Source: Dipteris shenzhenensis (lineage: Eukaryota). Taken from it: a stretch of DNA of 64,000 bases. The stretch lies in assembly GCA_047967505.1 (NCBI GenBank), contig CM106538.1; one strand, given 5' to 3'. The position numbers were made by a program, and so were the translations under genes. Shown here one piece after another: positions 50,270 to 62,830 of this stretch (within the stretch, counting starts at the first letter, position 1; each line of letters opens with the position of its first letter). The notes under the pieces are model-generated. The model did no database searches, was not told where the DNA came from, and saw nothing but the letters and a program-made list of their open reading frames with translations.

Positions 50270-52361
50270 AATGGGAAGTGGAAGTGGGAGTGAGGAGGGA
50301 GGAGTGGAATGGGAGAGGGAAGTAATAAAGGTGTATGATAATAAGTATAAAAATAGTATAATAATATATTAATAGTTTTCAAATGGCAAGTGAGTAATGG
50401 GAAGTGGAAGTGAGAGGGGGGAGGGAAGAATGGAATGGGAGAGGGGAAGGTAATAGGGGAGTAGGATAATAAGGGAGTGAAATGAGTGAGGGGAGTTAAT
50501 AGGGGATGAAAAAGAGGAGGGGGAAATATGGAATTTTGGGAAATGGGAGGAGTATGGGACGTGGTGGAAATGTGGGATGGGAGTGGTGGCAATGGGGGAG
50601 GAAGAAGAAATGGATGGGGGGAGGGCTAATGGAAGATTGGGATGAGGGATGGGGGTCCAATGGGAGAGGGGGAGTAATGGGAGCCAATGGGAGAGGGGAT
50701 AAATGAAAAGCCAATAGGAGAGAGGGGAGGAATGGAAAGCCAATAGGAGAGGAGGAGGAAAACCTAATTTTTCTTATATATAGTCTTCCTTCTTCATTCA
50801 TTCTCCCCTCATTTCATTCATTGAAGCAAGAAAGCGAGGATGATCAAGAAACCAAGGAAGAGCAAGAAAGAGCAAACTTACAAACTTTTTCCAAGTACTT
50901 GCAAATTTTTTTGATTAATTCTTTATCTAGATTTTTTTTTTAAAATTTGAAGAGAGAGGAACTAGAGAGAGAGAGGTTCCTGGCGGCCCCTAGGAGGGGA
51001 GGAGAAGGAGAGGATGGAGGGGGGGAGGGGAGGGAGGGAGAGGGGAGGGAGAGGCGGGGGCGGGGTCGAGGGGGGGAGGGGGGGGAGGGGAGCCGGGGAG
51101 GGAGGGGGGGAGGGAGGGGCAGGGGCGAGGGCAGGAGAGGGAGGGAGGGAGCGGGGGGGTTCTAGCAGGGTCGAGGGAGGTAGGAAGGAGGGGGGGAGGG
51201 AAGGGCGGGGGCAGGGGGGGAGGGAGGGGGGAAGGGGGGAAGGGAGGGAGGGGGTGGAGCCGGGTGGGGGAGGGAGGGGGGGCTTTGGCGGCCGCGGCCG
51301 CCAGAACCCCTTGAAGGGGGGAGGGGAGGGAGGGGGGGTCTGGCGACTGCGGCCGCCACGACCCCGGGGGGGGGAGGGGAGGGAGGGGAGGGGGGAGGGG
51401 TCGAGGGAGGGAAGGGGGGGGGTCTGGCGGCCGCGGCCACCAGGACCCCCTGGAGGGGGGGAAGGGGGGCGGAAGGGGGGGTCTTGCGGCCGCGGTCGCT
51501 AGAACCCCTTGGAGGGGGGGAGGGGAGCCGGGTGTGGGGGTTAAAGGTCACTGTGTGGGAGCCAGGGTTGAGAGGAGGGGGGCGAGGTTGAGAGGGGGGC
51601 GACGGGGTCAAGAGGGGGGGCGGCCACCAGGACGGGGGGGAGGGGGGGTCCTGGCAGCCGCAACCACCAAGACTGGAGGGAGGGGGGAGGGAGCGAGGGA
51701 AGTGGGGTCGAGAGGAGGGGGGGTGGGGTCAAGAGGAGGGAGGGCGGCATCAAGAGGAGGGGGCGGGGTCGAGAGGGGGGGCAGCGGGGTCGAGAGGAGG
51801 GGGTGGGGTCAAGAGGGGGGGCGGCAGGGTTAAGAGGCGGGGGCGGCGGGGTTGAGAGAGAGAGGAGGGAGGGGAGGAACGGGAGGGAGGGAGAGGGGGG
51901 GCCTGGCGGCCGCGGCCACCAGGACAGGAGGGAGGGGGGTCCTGGTAGCCACAGCTGCCTGGACTGGAGGGAGGGGGGTCCAGGTGGTTGCGACTGCCAG
52001 GACAGGAGGGAGGGGAGGGAGGTAGGAGGGAGGGAGAGAGAGAGGAGGGAGGGGAGGGAGGGGAGGGAGGAGGGAGGGGAGGCAGGGGGTCTTGGCGACC
52101 GCAGCCGCTAGGGTGAGAGGGAGGGGAGGAGGGAGGGGAGGGAGAGAGAGGGGAGAGGAGGGAGGGGAGGGAGAGAGAGAGAGAGGGGGGGTTCCTGGTG
52201 GCCGCAGCCATTGGGTGAGAGGGAGGGGAGGTGAGAGGGAGGGGAGGGAGAGTGAAAGCGAGAGAGAGAGTGAGGGGGGGGGTCCTGGTGGCCGCGGCCG
52301 CTAGGGTGAGAGGGAGGGGAGAGGAGGGAGGGGAGGGAGAGAGAGGGGAGAGAAGGGAGGG

Positions 52362-52396
<35 letters not shown>

Positions 52397-53839
52397 TCCT
52401 GGCAGCCATGGCCATCGGGTGAGAGGGAGGGGAGGGAGAGAGAGAGAGAGAGGGGGGGTCCTGGTGGCCATGGATGCCAGGGTGAGAGGGAGGGGAGGGA
52501 GAGAGAGAGAGAGAGGGGGGGTGAGAGGAGTGAGGAGAGGGAGGAGAGGGAGAGAGAGAGAGAGGGGGGTCCTGGCGGCTGCGGCCCCAGGGTGACAGGA
52601 GTGAGGAAAAGGGAGGGGATAGAGAGAGAGGAGTGAGGAGAGGGAGGGGAGGGAGAGAGAGAGAGAGAGAGAGGGGAGGGGAGGAGAGAGAGAGAAGGAA
52701 GAGAGAGAGAGAGAGGACTCCTGGGGGCCGTGGTCCCCAGGGATGAGAGGAGAGTTAGAGGAGTAATGGAGGGAGAGGAGTGAGGGAGGGAGAGGGGTGA
52801 GAAGACGTGATGGAGAGGGAAACACTAGGAGAGAGAGAAGAGAGATGAGAAGACTTTAGGGAGAGGGGAAGGTAAGTGACTAGAGAGAGGAGAGATGAGA
52901 AGACTTGAGGGAGAGAGGAAGGTTGGGAAGGTATGGGACTAGAGAGAGAGAGAGATATGCGACTAGAGAGGGAGCTCCATCGCATAGAGAGGGAGCTCCA
53001 TTAGAGAGAGAGAGAGAGCCCACTACATAGAGAAGAGGAGAGGAGTAGAGAGAGAGAGGTCGAATTCTTACAAGAGCAACAAATAAGATTTGACTTAGGA
53101 AAAGAATGAAAGGGACTTACGAGAAGAAAGTATCAAGAAGAATGTTGAACACAAATTTGAATTCTTACAACTAAGAGTAGAACTATCACGAGCAAGAGCG
53201 ACAAATAAGATTTGACTTATGAGAAGAATGAAAGGGACTTACGAGAAGAAAGTATCAAGAAGAATGTTGAACACAAATTTGAATTCAAAAGGAACGTACG
53301 AGAAGAAAGTATCAAGAAGAATGTTGAACACAAATTTGAATTCAAATTTCCCTCTCTTTTTTAAAAATTCAAATTTATGCGTGGGAGGAGTGGGCTAGTT
53401 TTTCTTATCTATACTCTTCTTTCCATTCATTCATTCTCATTCTCTCCTCATTTCATTGAAGCAACCAAGAGCGGAAGAGAAAGGATAACCGGAGCCTTAC
53501 TTTTTTCACTTTTTCCAGGTACTTGCATTCTTTTTCATTCGTCTTGTAATTCTTTTTCTTTACTTACAATTCTTTTCAATTAGTTTCTTGTTAAAGTTTT
53601 TGAGTTTTATTTCTTAAAATTCATCTTGTAATTCTTTTTCTTTACTTACAATTCTTTTTCAATTAGTTTCTTGTTAAAGTTTTTGAGCTCTATTTCAATT
53701 AATTTTTTATTGAAATTTGTGGAGAATTTGTGTTCTAAATTTGAAAAGAGAGATAGAGAGAAAGAGAGAGCTAGAGAGAGAGAGTGTGAGAGAGATAGCA
53801 CAAGATTAAGAGAGAAAAGAAAGGAGGGAGAGAAAGTAG

Positions 53840-53923
<84 letters not shown>

Positions 53924-54927
53924 GACAGAAAGAGAGTGAGAGATTAAGAGAGAGAAGAGGGGCGGAGGGAGAGAAAGAAAACTCTTGGTGGCCGTGGCAG
54001 CTAGAGGAGGGGGGTTTTTTAGAAGGCATTACAATTCTTTTTAAATTAGTTTCTTATTTGAGTTTTTGAGTTCTATTTTAATGAGTTTCTTATTTATATT
54101 TGAGTTTGTAAATTTGAGAAATGAAAGAGAATAGGGAGGGAGAGAAAGAGAGAGGAGAGAGGAAAAGAGAGAAATTAAGAGATCGAAGAGGGGCTCTTGG
54201 TGGCCGTGGCCGCCAAAGGGAGAGAGAGAATGAGAAATGAGAGAGGAGCTACTGAGCTTCAAAGCATTCACGCACGCTCAGCTAGATCACCCGGGCTCTA
54301 ATACCAGTTGAGAGTGCTCTCAACGGAAGCAAGAACGAAAGAAGGAGAGAGAGAGAGATAGAGAGCCACACAAGTTTGGTGGGTGCAGAACCACCCTAAT
54401 CTTCTTTTTCATTCATTTATATATGTGTTTGAGTATTGTACATAACCGGGGTTAAGGCACAGTGACCTTTAACCCCCACATAGGGAGGGAAAGAAAGAGA
54501 GAGCTGAGAGAGGGAGAGAGTCTCCTGGCGGTAATGAGAGAGAAGAGTAGGGAGGGAAAGAAAGAGAGAGCTGAGAGAGGGAGAGAGAGATTAAGAGAGA
54601 GAAGAGAGTCTCCTGGCAGCCGTGGCTGCTAGAGGGAGGGAGAGAGTAGGGAGGGAGAGGGAGAGAGAGAAAGAGAAGAGAGGAGGGAGACTTAGGGAGA
54701 GAGAAAGAGAGAGAGGGAGAGAGAGGGAATGAAACTTCTGTGCTAGAGGGAGGGAGAGAGTAGGGAGGGAGAGGGAGAGAGAGAGAGAGAAGAGAGGAGG
54801 GAGACTTAGGGAGAGAGAAAGAGAGAGAGGTAGAGAGAGGAGGAGAGAGAGAAAGAGAGAGAGGGAGAGAGAGGGAATGAAACTTCTGGCAGCCGTGGCC
54901 GCCAGAGGGAGGGAGAGAGTAGGGAGG

Positions 54928-54988
<61 letters not shown>

Positions 54989-55014
54989 GAGAGAAGAGAG
55001 GAGGGAGACTTAGG

Positions 55015-55057
<43 letters not shown>

Positions 55058-55401
55058 GGAGAGAGAATGAAACTTCTAGCGGCCGTGGCCACCAAGAGAG
55101 GGAGGTAGAGAGAGAGAGAGAGAGAATGAGACTTCTCACGGCCGTGGCCGCCAAGGGAGGGAGGGAGGGAGGGAGAGAGAGAGAGAGAGAATGAGAAATG
55201 AGAGAGAAGAGGGGAGGGAGAGAAAGAGAGATTAAGAGTGAGAAGAGGGACAGAGGAGAGAGAGAAAGGGAGAGAGGGAGGGAGGGAGGGAGGGAGGCTG
55301 GGAGAGATTAAGAGAGAGAATTCAGAGAGAGAGAGACATAGAGAGAGAAAGAATGACAAATCGTAGTGGCCAAGAGGATAGAGGTAGGGAGGTAGAGAGG
55401 C

Positions 55402-55454
<53 letters not shown>

Positions 55455-55654
55455 GAGAAGAGGAGAGAGAGAGAGGAGAGAGGTGGAGAGAGAGAGAGAG
55501 AGAAATAATTACAAATCCTAGGGAGAGAGAGAGAGGTGAAGAGAGAGAATGATAAATCGTAGCCGCCATGGGAGGGAGAGAAAGAGAGACTTGAGATAAA
55601 CTAAGAGAGAGAATGAGTGGGATGAGGATAGAGAGGAAAACACATAAGAGTTGT

Positions 55655-55693
<39 letters not shown>

Positions 55694-55750
55694 AGAGAGA
55701 GAATGAGGTGTCTTGACTATGGCTATAGAGAGAATTAGGAGTCGAGAGAG
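50270..55750 (+). repeat. Strand-biased G/GA-rich low-complexity region with a recurring CTGGCGGCCGCGGCC motif
   Basis: G-runs and (GA)n on the + strand, interrupted by AT-rich blocks at about 50760-50950 and 53060-53750. Confidence 0.93.
54245..54480 (-). mobile_element. Short LTR (54309-54480, 172 bp) with an iMet PBS; fragment of a small LTR element
   Basis: The minus strand reads TGTGGGGG...CTCTCA-AC-TGGTATTAGAGC (PBS at 54295-54306). It is embedded in the GA tract and has no second LTR. Confidence 0.65.
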
Positions 55751-58700
55751 AGAAAGTTCAAAGGAAAGAGAGAGTTTTATATATTTACATGTTTTATATT
55801 ATACTTTTAAAAAATTATAAAAGAGTGAATTTATGGTTTGTTTTGAAGGTGAGATAATATTTTTATATATATTCATCTTTTAAATTGAAAAATGTTAACT
55901 TTTCTTTAGATACTTGTCCTTTATTTCTCTCACATGCAGGTTTAGCCTCTACATCAAAACCCCTTCTTTTGCATATTTAAGCCTCTTAAACCCCAGCACA
56001 TTAAAATGAACACAGAAAAAGAAATTATTTATTGCTTTTCTTCGCTTTGACGGTTGGTTTAGCATAGATTATATTGCCTTAGAGGAGAGACAATTGTCCA
56101 AGTTGCCAATCGAAGCCATGCTTAAATTTTTCTAACTAGTTCCTAATCGTTGTCAGTTCCTTCGCTCACATGCGGTTTAACACTCATAACATGTTATTAA
56201 ATAATACCTTTTACCATTTACCAAGAAGTCTATCAGTGGGCAGATTGAGATAGCAGATATCAGTGGACAGATTACATATATCAGTGGACAGATTACATGT
56301 CATGGGACATATTGGAGCTTGATGATTATTGGTTATTTTTATTGCATTTGTATAAATATTTAAGCTCATTTATTGTCATAAAAAACCTTGTAAAGCCTTT
56401 TAGGCTATTTTTTACATTTATTGCCATATGAAGCACCTTGTAATAAACCCGACCATCCTGACCATTCACTATTTAACGAGTATTAGTGGGCTGCATAAGT
56501 GGATATCAGTGGAACAGTTTTTAGTGGGTAGATTGCGTTAGTTGGGTATCAGTGCGGAGATATCAATGGATGGACAGATTACATGTCATCACGAAGATTG
56601 AAGCTTTATCACTAGAGGGCAAGTCAATGGATGGACAGATTACATGTCTTCACGAAGATTGAAGCTTTATCACTAGAGGACATTTTATTTCATTGTAAAG
56701 CTTTATTGGCTAATTTTTTTAGATTTATACAAATATTTAAGCCTTGTAAAGCCTTTTAGGCTATTTCCCACATTTATTGCTATAAAATACTTTGTAAAGC
56801 CCTCTCCACTATTGGTCACATTTATTGCCATATGAAGCCTTGTAAAGCCTTTTGGGCTATTTCCCACATTTATTGTATCGAGCGTTGTATATTGTACTTT
56901 ACTTGTATGTATCTAAATTCTTCATTATCTTTTCTTGTAGGATTATGGAGCAATCAACTAATGTGGGGGCTATCCTAAATGACTCTGAGATTAGAGCATG
57001 GGTCTCTGATGTCACTTTGAATTTGAAAGGAAAGGAATATAGCCCCAATGGCTTTGGTAGGTGGACTCGATATCACATGGGAAGAAGAGCTTGGTTTCTT
57101 CATCAAAAGGAAAAGAGACTCTTTCTACTTATGTCAAAAAGGGAGTTCAATGATGTTGAAGATCCATGGGATGCTACTTTCTTCAAAAAAGATATGACTT
57201 CAAGCCTTGTAGTAGGCATAATGATAGAGCCAAAAGAGACTTTTATGAATATTTTCACAAAGAGTTCAGATCCTGAAGTTGGCGGTCTTCATTTTGTTGT
57301 GTCAAGGAGAGACTCAAAGACCTTTGTGATGCCTCCTCCTCAATGATCAAAGTTTCCAGAGCTGCAAAGTGCATTGGAGGCTCTTGCATATACTTGGGAG
57401 CAATTTCCTAGTGTGGTGGCAAAAAGGATGCATGCATAGATAATGTTTGAGTGCTTTCAAGATGCATAATATGCTCTTCATTTTCAAGGATCGTCACAGG
57501 AAGGAGATCAAGCTCAGACTTCAATGTAGGGACAAGAAGAACATGCACACTGTCACAAATGTGTAGAACATGAGTGCAAACTTCTAGAGCAAGAAATGGT
57601 GGATGTAATTAAGGATGATGAAACACAAGCCTTGAGTGCATGGGAATTAAAAAAAATTGAAGAAGATCAAGGTCGATCCACTTCAGTTATGCTAGAAGCT
57701 CTTGCTAGCAAACCACGACGTGAAATGCAAAAGGCTAGTACTGCAAGAGCCACGGTTCCAAGTAGTAAAAAAAGGCATCGTCCCACTGTAGAGAAAGATC
57801 ATGTGGATGAAAAACGGTTAAAAGAAGAGAAAGATGAAGAAGACTCAGAACCCGAGGCTAAAGATGATCAGGATGAACTCACATCAATCAAAAATCTTAA
57901 TCTGCATCTTAATGAAGCAGTAACAGATGATGATGTGGGATATATCTAGGGTCAAAGGACGTGGTTTGTGAATGCCAAAGATGTGGAAGCTGCAGCTGTC
58001 TTTACTAATAGCCGAAGCCTTGATATATCCTATGCACTGCAAATATACGAGGCTTTGAGAGATGGAAAGAAACCTGTGGCAAGCAATGTGGTCCTGTGCC
58101 CAATAATGTTCTGTCCAATTAAAAATAGCTTTCTGGATCAAATAACATTTACAGGGCCTACACATTTCGAGGAAACCTTCAGTCAATTCCTTAAAGACAC
58201 TCTTAGAAATATTCCACATGAACAAGGCGAAGAGGCACAAGGTGAGAATATGCTAAAGGAAGCAAAGAAGGAATTCCTCCTTCATTGCAGATTCCAGCCC
58301 ATCGATGGTCAACATTGGGCTTATGCTTGTAATCAGATCGCAAAAGAAGCAAAGGAGGTCAAAAGACTCATTTCAGAACAATTTGCAAAGATAAGTTCAT
58401 TCCATTATTATCCTACAACAATCTGTTTATTCAAGCATGAGATCAAGTATTTGATTGAGTTCGAAAGACTTAATCATTATGTCCATGGAAAGCGTAAGAT
58501 ATCCTCAACATCAGGGGTCTTACAGAAGGCAAGGGTTATATGGACAACATTTGGTTCTCCAAATCTTGATTTGAAGCGAAAGGTCACAAAAGCAGACGCC
58601 GACACACTCACAAACTTCTATACTTCTTTGAGTGCAGTTGTGCCAAGGGGAACTCAAGAGCGAGAAGAAGATATGACAAGCCTCAAGGTGGTGAGGAACA

Positions 58701-60243
58701 GATATGCCGACTACACTTCTATGATATTTTGTCCTGTTGAAGTGTTCAATGAGATGCTTGAAACGTGCATTGCTTGTGAGCGTGGACAATTGACCTATGA
58801 AGCTCCTTTGTTTATCTCCGGAAAGTCAAAGGTAATGGATAAGAAGGAGTTGACGGCAAGGATGTGGAGGCCTATAAAGTACTTACCTGACAAGTATGCA
58901 TCCATGGCAGCACAAAAACTTTTAAAGAAAGAATGGTTTTTTGGAAAGAAAGACAAAGACCACTGCATGGAAGAATGCATCAATGTACAGGTGAGGCATG
59001 ATGCAGTGCATAGTGCCATTAAGTATTTGCTGTCAGAGAAACAAATTCCACTTACTCATTGTAACATTGACTATAATGTGGTCAAGCATATAGCTTCTTT
59101 GTCAACACCCAAGGTAAAGCTATGGGCAAACAGGTGGATTAAAAAGGATGAAGATGGGTCAGAAATAGTAACCTCTTACATGAGAAAAGAAATCCCACAA
59201 CAACTGGTTGCATATGTGGAAAGATTAATCAGCGAGATAAGGATGCCGACAGATATGCACCAAAGCTTTCAATTCAATGTAGAGGTTACATCAGAGTCTG
59301 GAAAGCTTGTGAACTTCAAGGGAGTTTCAGAAAATGACTTCATCAAGAATGAGTCAGCATGGAATAAGCCACAACTGTTCTTTATCAATGAAGTTTCTAG
59401 CGATGATATCCATAACTTCATTGATAGAATAATATATACCACCATTAGCAAAGTGGCAACTTGCAACATTGTCATTTTTGTTGATAAAAAAGAAAAAGAA
59501 GCCATGCAGGTTACTCTAGAGCGAGCATATTCATAAGATTTGAAGATGATCTATAGTGGTGTTTATGTAGCAAAGAGAGGCAAGAGAGAGTGTGGCATAG
59601 CGATTCAATCTCTTGAATCATTCTTCTTGTGTATGTGGAGTCCCAACCCTGATCACTTCTTACAAAAGAACATAAGAGGGAATTCAAATAATTTGAGATT
59701 GATGCTAGAAGAGCAAGATATTCCCAGCTCCATACATTATCAAAAAAACAACTATGGAAGTCCTGCAAAAAGTGGGAGTCTCTTGCTTAACATGATGGAG
59801 AATTTGCTACCGGCAGGTTGGGAGGTCACCTTGTGCAAGATGGGATATTTATTTGAGGATCTCCTTAGAAAAGGCAACTCCACAAATATTATTGAAAACA
59901 AGCATTTCATGGCTTATTTTTAGCTTCAAGCAGATCTAACCACAGGCTATGAAAAAGAGATAGAGCACAAGGACACTAATGACATGGATGATTACCTTGA
60001 AGATCATAATGTCCCAGTTGATGATGATGAAAAGATTGACTTACATGACCCATTCAGAGAGAGGTTGGTGGATGAAGAGAAAGATGATGATGTCTTTGAT
60101 AATTATGGCTCGCAGGGTTATGTAAAAAGGCCACTACGACAATACTTAGCGGTATGAACTCTCTATTTCTCAACTAAATACAATTTTTTAAATAAGATTT
60201 AAATTTAAAGATAATGAATCTAATCTCTCATATTTGTTTACAG

Positions 60244-61392
60244 GCAATAGAGGGAGAAGAAATGGATGAAGTCAATATGGAGGCACTCCCTTCTACTTCA
60301 GCAATGCAACCACCTCTAAATTTGATTGAAGAATCCCATGAGCACAAGAGCTTTAAAGACAACATGGAAAAGCAGAATGACCGCAAACATAGAATACAAG
60401 CTATCACAAAGACCCATTCTGCAAATTTAGCTGCATTGGATAAAATGGAGAGCTCATTTGAAGTTAGGATCGTTTTGAAACGAGAACCTCAGTATTTGAG
60501 CTTTGGTAGAGAGGAGGTTTCAATCCTCTCCAATCCTTTAAAAGAGGTTAATGACAATGTTATCCTGGCCATTCTCAGGTAACGTTTGTTTATTTGTTGC
60601 TACTTCAATGAGCTAACATTTGTTTATTTGTTTACAGTGTAGTTATATATCAGTTTCCTAGTGCAGAATGCAAATCAATTCTATGAGCTAACGTTTGTTT
60701 ATTTCTTGGTGCAATGTAGTTATTTCTCAGGTTCCTAGTGCAGTAGTGTAGAATCGTGTCTACATGCTCGTCGATGCTCTCCTTTCTTCTATTTTTAGCT
60801 CTCCTCAAAAGAATATAGAAGACGTTTGTACCTCGTTAAGCCCTTTGAATTTAGATGGGGTGCGAGTCATCTTTATGCCTTATCATGAGGAGTAAGTATC
60901 AACTCCAACCTTATTTTTACTATTTCTTTGGCAAGTTTGTGTAAAACAACAATCATTTTTATTCTGGTCATGTAGCTCACATTGGAGTCTGATCGCTTGG
61001 GACCTTGAAGTCAACCATTTGTGGTTTGTGAATTCAATGGAAGGGAAGGCTATCATGCCAACTCCCCAAGGTAATTATTCTCTTAATATTTTTGTTACTT
61101 TCTTATTTTGTATCTTATGATCATGACATATTAATATATTTAATATGTCATGATGGACAGTGCTACATATCGGCTAGTATCTGCTATCAGAACAACCACA
61201 GAGCAACAAGACCAAGTAGAATTCAAACGACGTCTACCAGTGGAGCAAAAAGATGGGCATAGTTGTGGGTGGAGAGTTGCCTACAACTGCATGTTGTTTC
61301 TTAGAGAGATTTTTGATTTGGAGTTACCATTCAAAATGGAATTGTATACAGAAGCCGATCTACTAGCATTTCGGGCTGAGAGTATTGCCTAA
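60244..61392 (+). pseudogene. Ulp1/C48-like protease domain, repeat 1
   Basis: Exons EVNDNVILAILR | RVYML...VRVIFMPYHE | SHWSLIAWD...FVNSM | QKDGHSCGWRVAYNC with GT-AG boundaries. Confidence 0.85.
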
Positions 61393-61821
61393 TTGCTACC
61401 ATTGGGAAATAACTTGAAAAATATGACTACATTGCAGCATGTATAAAACCTTATCTTTATACTTGTATGCTTGTTCAAGCCTTTAATTGGGATGCGTAAA
61501 TCTCATAACTTTTTTATATTTTCCTCCAAGAGGAGAAGAGACTGAGTCTAATGAAAGCATGCTATCTTTATACTTCTATGATTATTTAAACATTTATTTT
61601 TATTTGGGATATGTAAATCTCATAACTTTTTAAAATTTTCCTCCAAGAGGAGGAGAGACTCACTCTAATGAAAGCATGTATGAAACCTTACTTTTTAAAT
61701 TTTTGCTCCAAGAGGAGGAGAGACTCACTCTAATGAAAGCATATATGAAACCTTATCTGCTTATTTAAGCCTTTATTTGGGATGTGTACATCGCATAACT
61801 TTTTTATATTTTTATAACAAA

Positions 61822-62830
61822 AGGAGGATGTAGAAGACATAGCAAGTGAAGAAGAATATGATGTAGACTACTCTCTCAATAAGATGAGTCATGAAAATAT
61901 GACTCTATTGTAGCAGATTGGAAGTTCATTCACCGCTATGTTGTTAATTCGACAACAACCTCATTTTTTTGAATTTGGTGAAGAAGAGATTTTAATTCTC
62001 TTGAATCCTAAGAAAGAGGTTAATGTCAAAGTCATTACAACCATCCTCAGGTTTGATGCAGCCTTTTCCTTGGCTTTATACTTTGCTTATTTTGATTAAA
62101 CCCAAGAAGCTAATACTTTTTTTAAAAAAAAAGTAATGTTATAGCAAATTTTCCTCAAAATATACAAAGTGTTTCATATATGCCCGATCCTCTTATTTCG
62201 GAAGTGCTTAGCAACAAAGAAGAAACCATAGAGGATGTTTGCAAGTGGTTAAAGCACGTTCCTATGAATGAGGCACGAGTTATCTTTACAGCATATTATG
62301 AGAAGTAAGCATCAAACCCTACTTGTTTTTTCTATTGCATTGCTAGAATTGTCTCAAACACAGTAATTATTCTTTATTGATAATGCAGCTCACATTAGAG
62401 TTTGGTAGTCGTGGACATCTTTGCTAAGAAGTGCTTCTTTGCCAACTCAATGACATCCGTCCATGGCACTGTGTTAGAGTAAGTATAGACCACTTGTTGT
62501 CACTTCTTGACATGTAGATTGATATGCAATGCACATATTCACTGTTGTTATATGTTTTGATGTGTGGATCAGCTCGAAAGTTAGTAGGTGCTATCGACAC
62601 AATAATGCAGCAATGTGACTTGGCACAACAAATAGAGTATATAACATGTCGGGTATCACATCAAGAGGATAGCCACATCTATAATTGTGGATGGAGGGTG
62701 GGCTACAATTGCTTTTTGGTACTTGGTGAAATTTTTGAGATACAAAATGACACCACACTGTCAACATATACGGATTTGCATCTCTATGCATTTATAACAT
62801 GTACCATTCGAGCAATCATTAAGGGCGACA
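61822..62830 (+). pseudogene. Ulp1/C48-like protease domain, repeat 2
   Basis: EVNVKVITTILR | ARVIFTAYYE | SH*SLVVVD...FANSM | QEDSHIYNCGWRVGYNC, with the same intron positions as repeat 1. Confidence 0.82.

Noticed and set aside
54309-54480. Cassandra TRIM carrying a 5S rRNA domain
   Set aside because: No 5S box A/C similarity is visible in the LTR.
50947-55569. Gly/Arg/Glu-rich and Ser/Leu-rich ORFs up to 366 aa
   Set aside because: They are low-complexity G/GA repeats that lack stop codons by composition.
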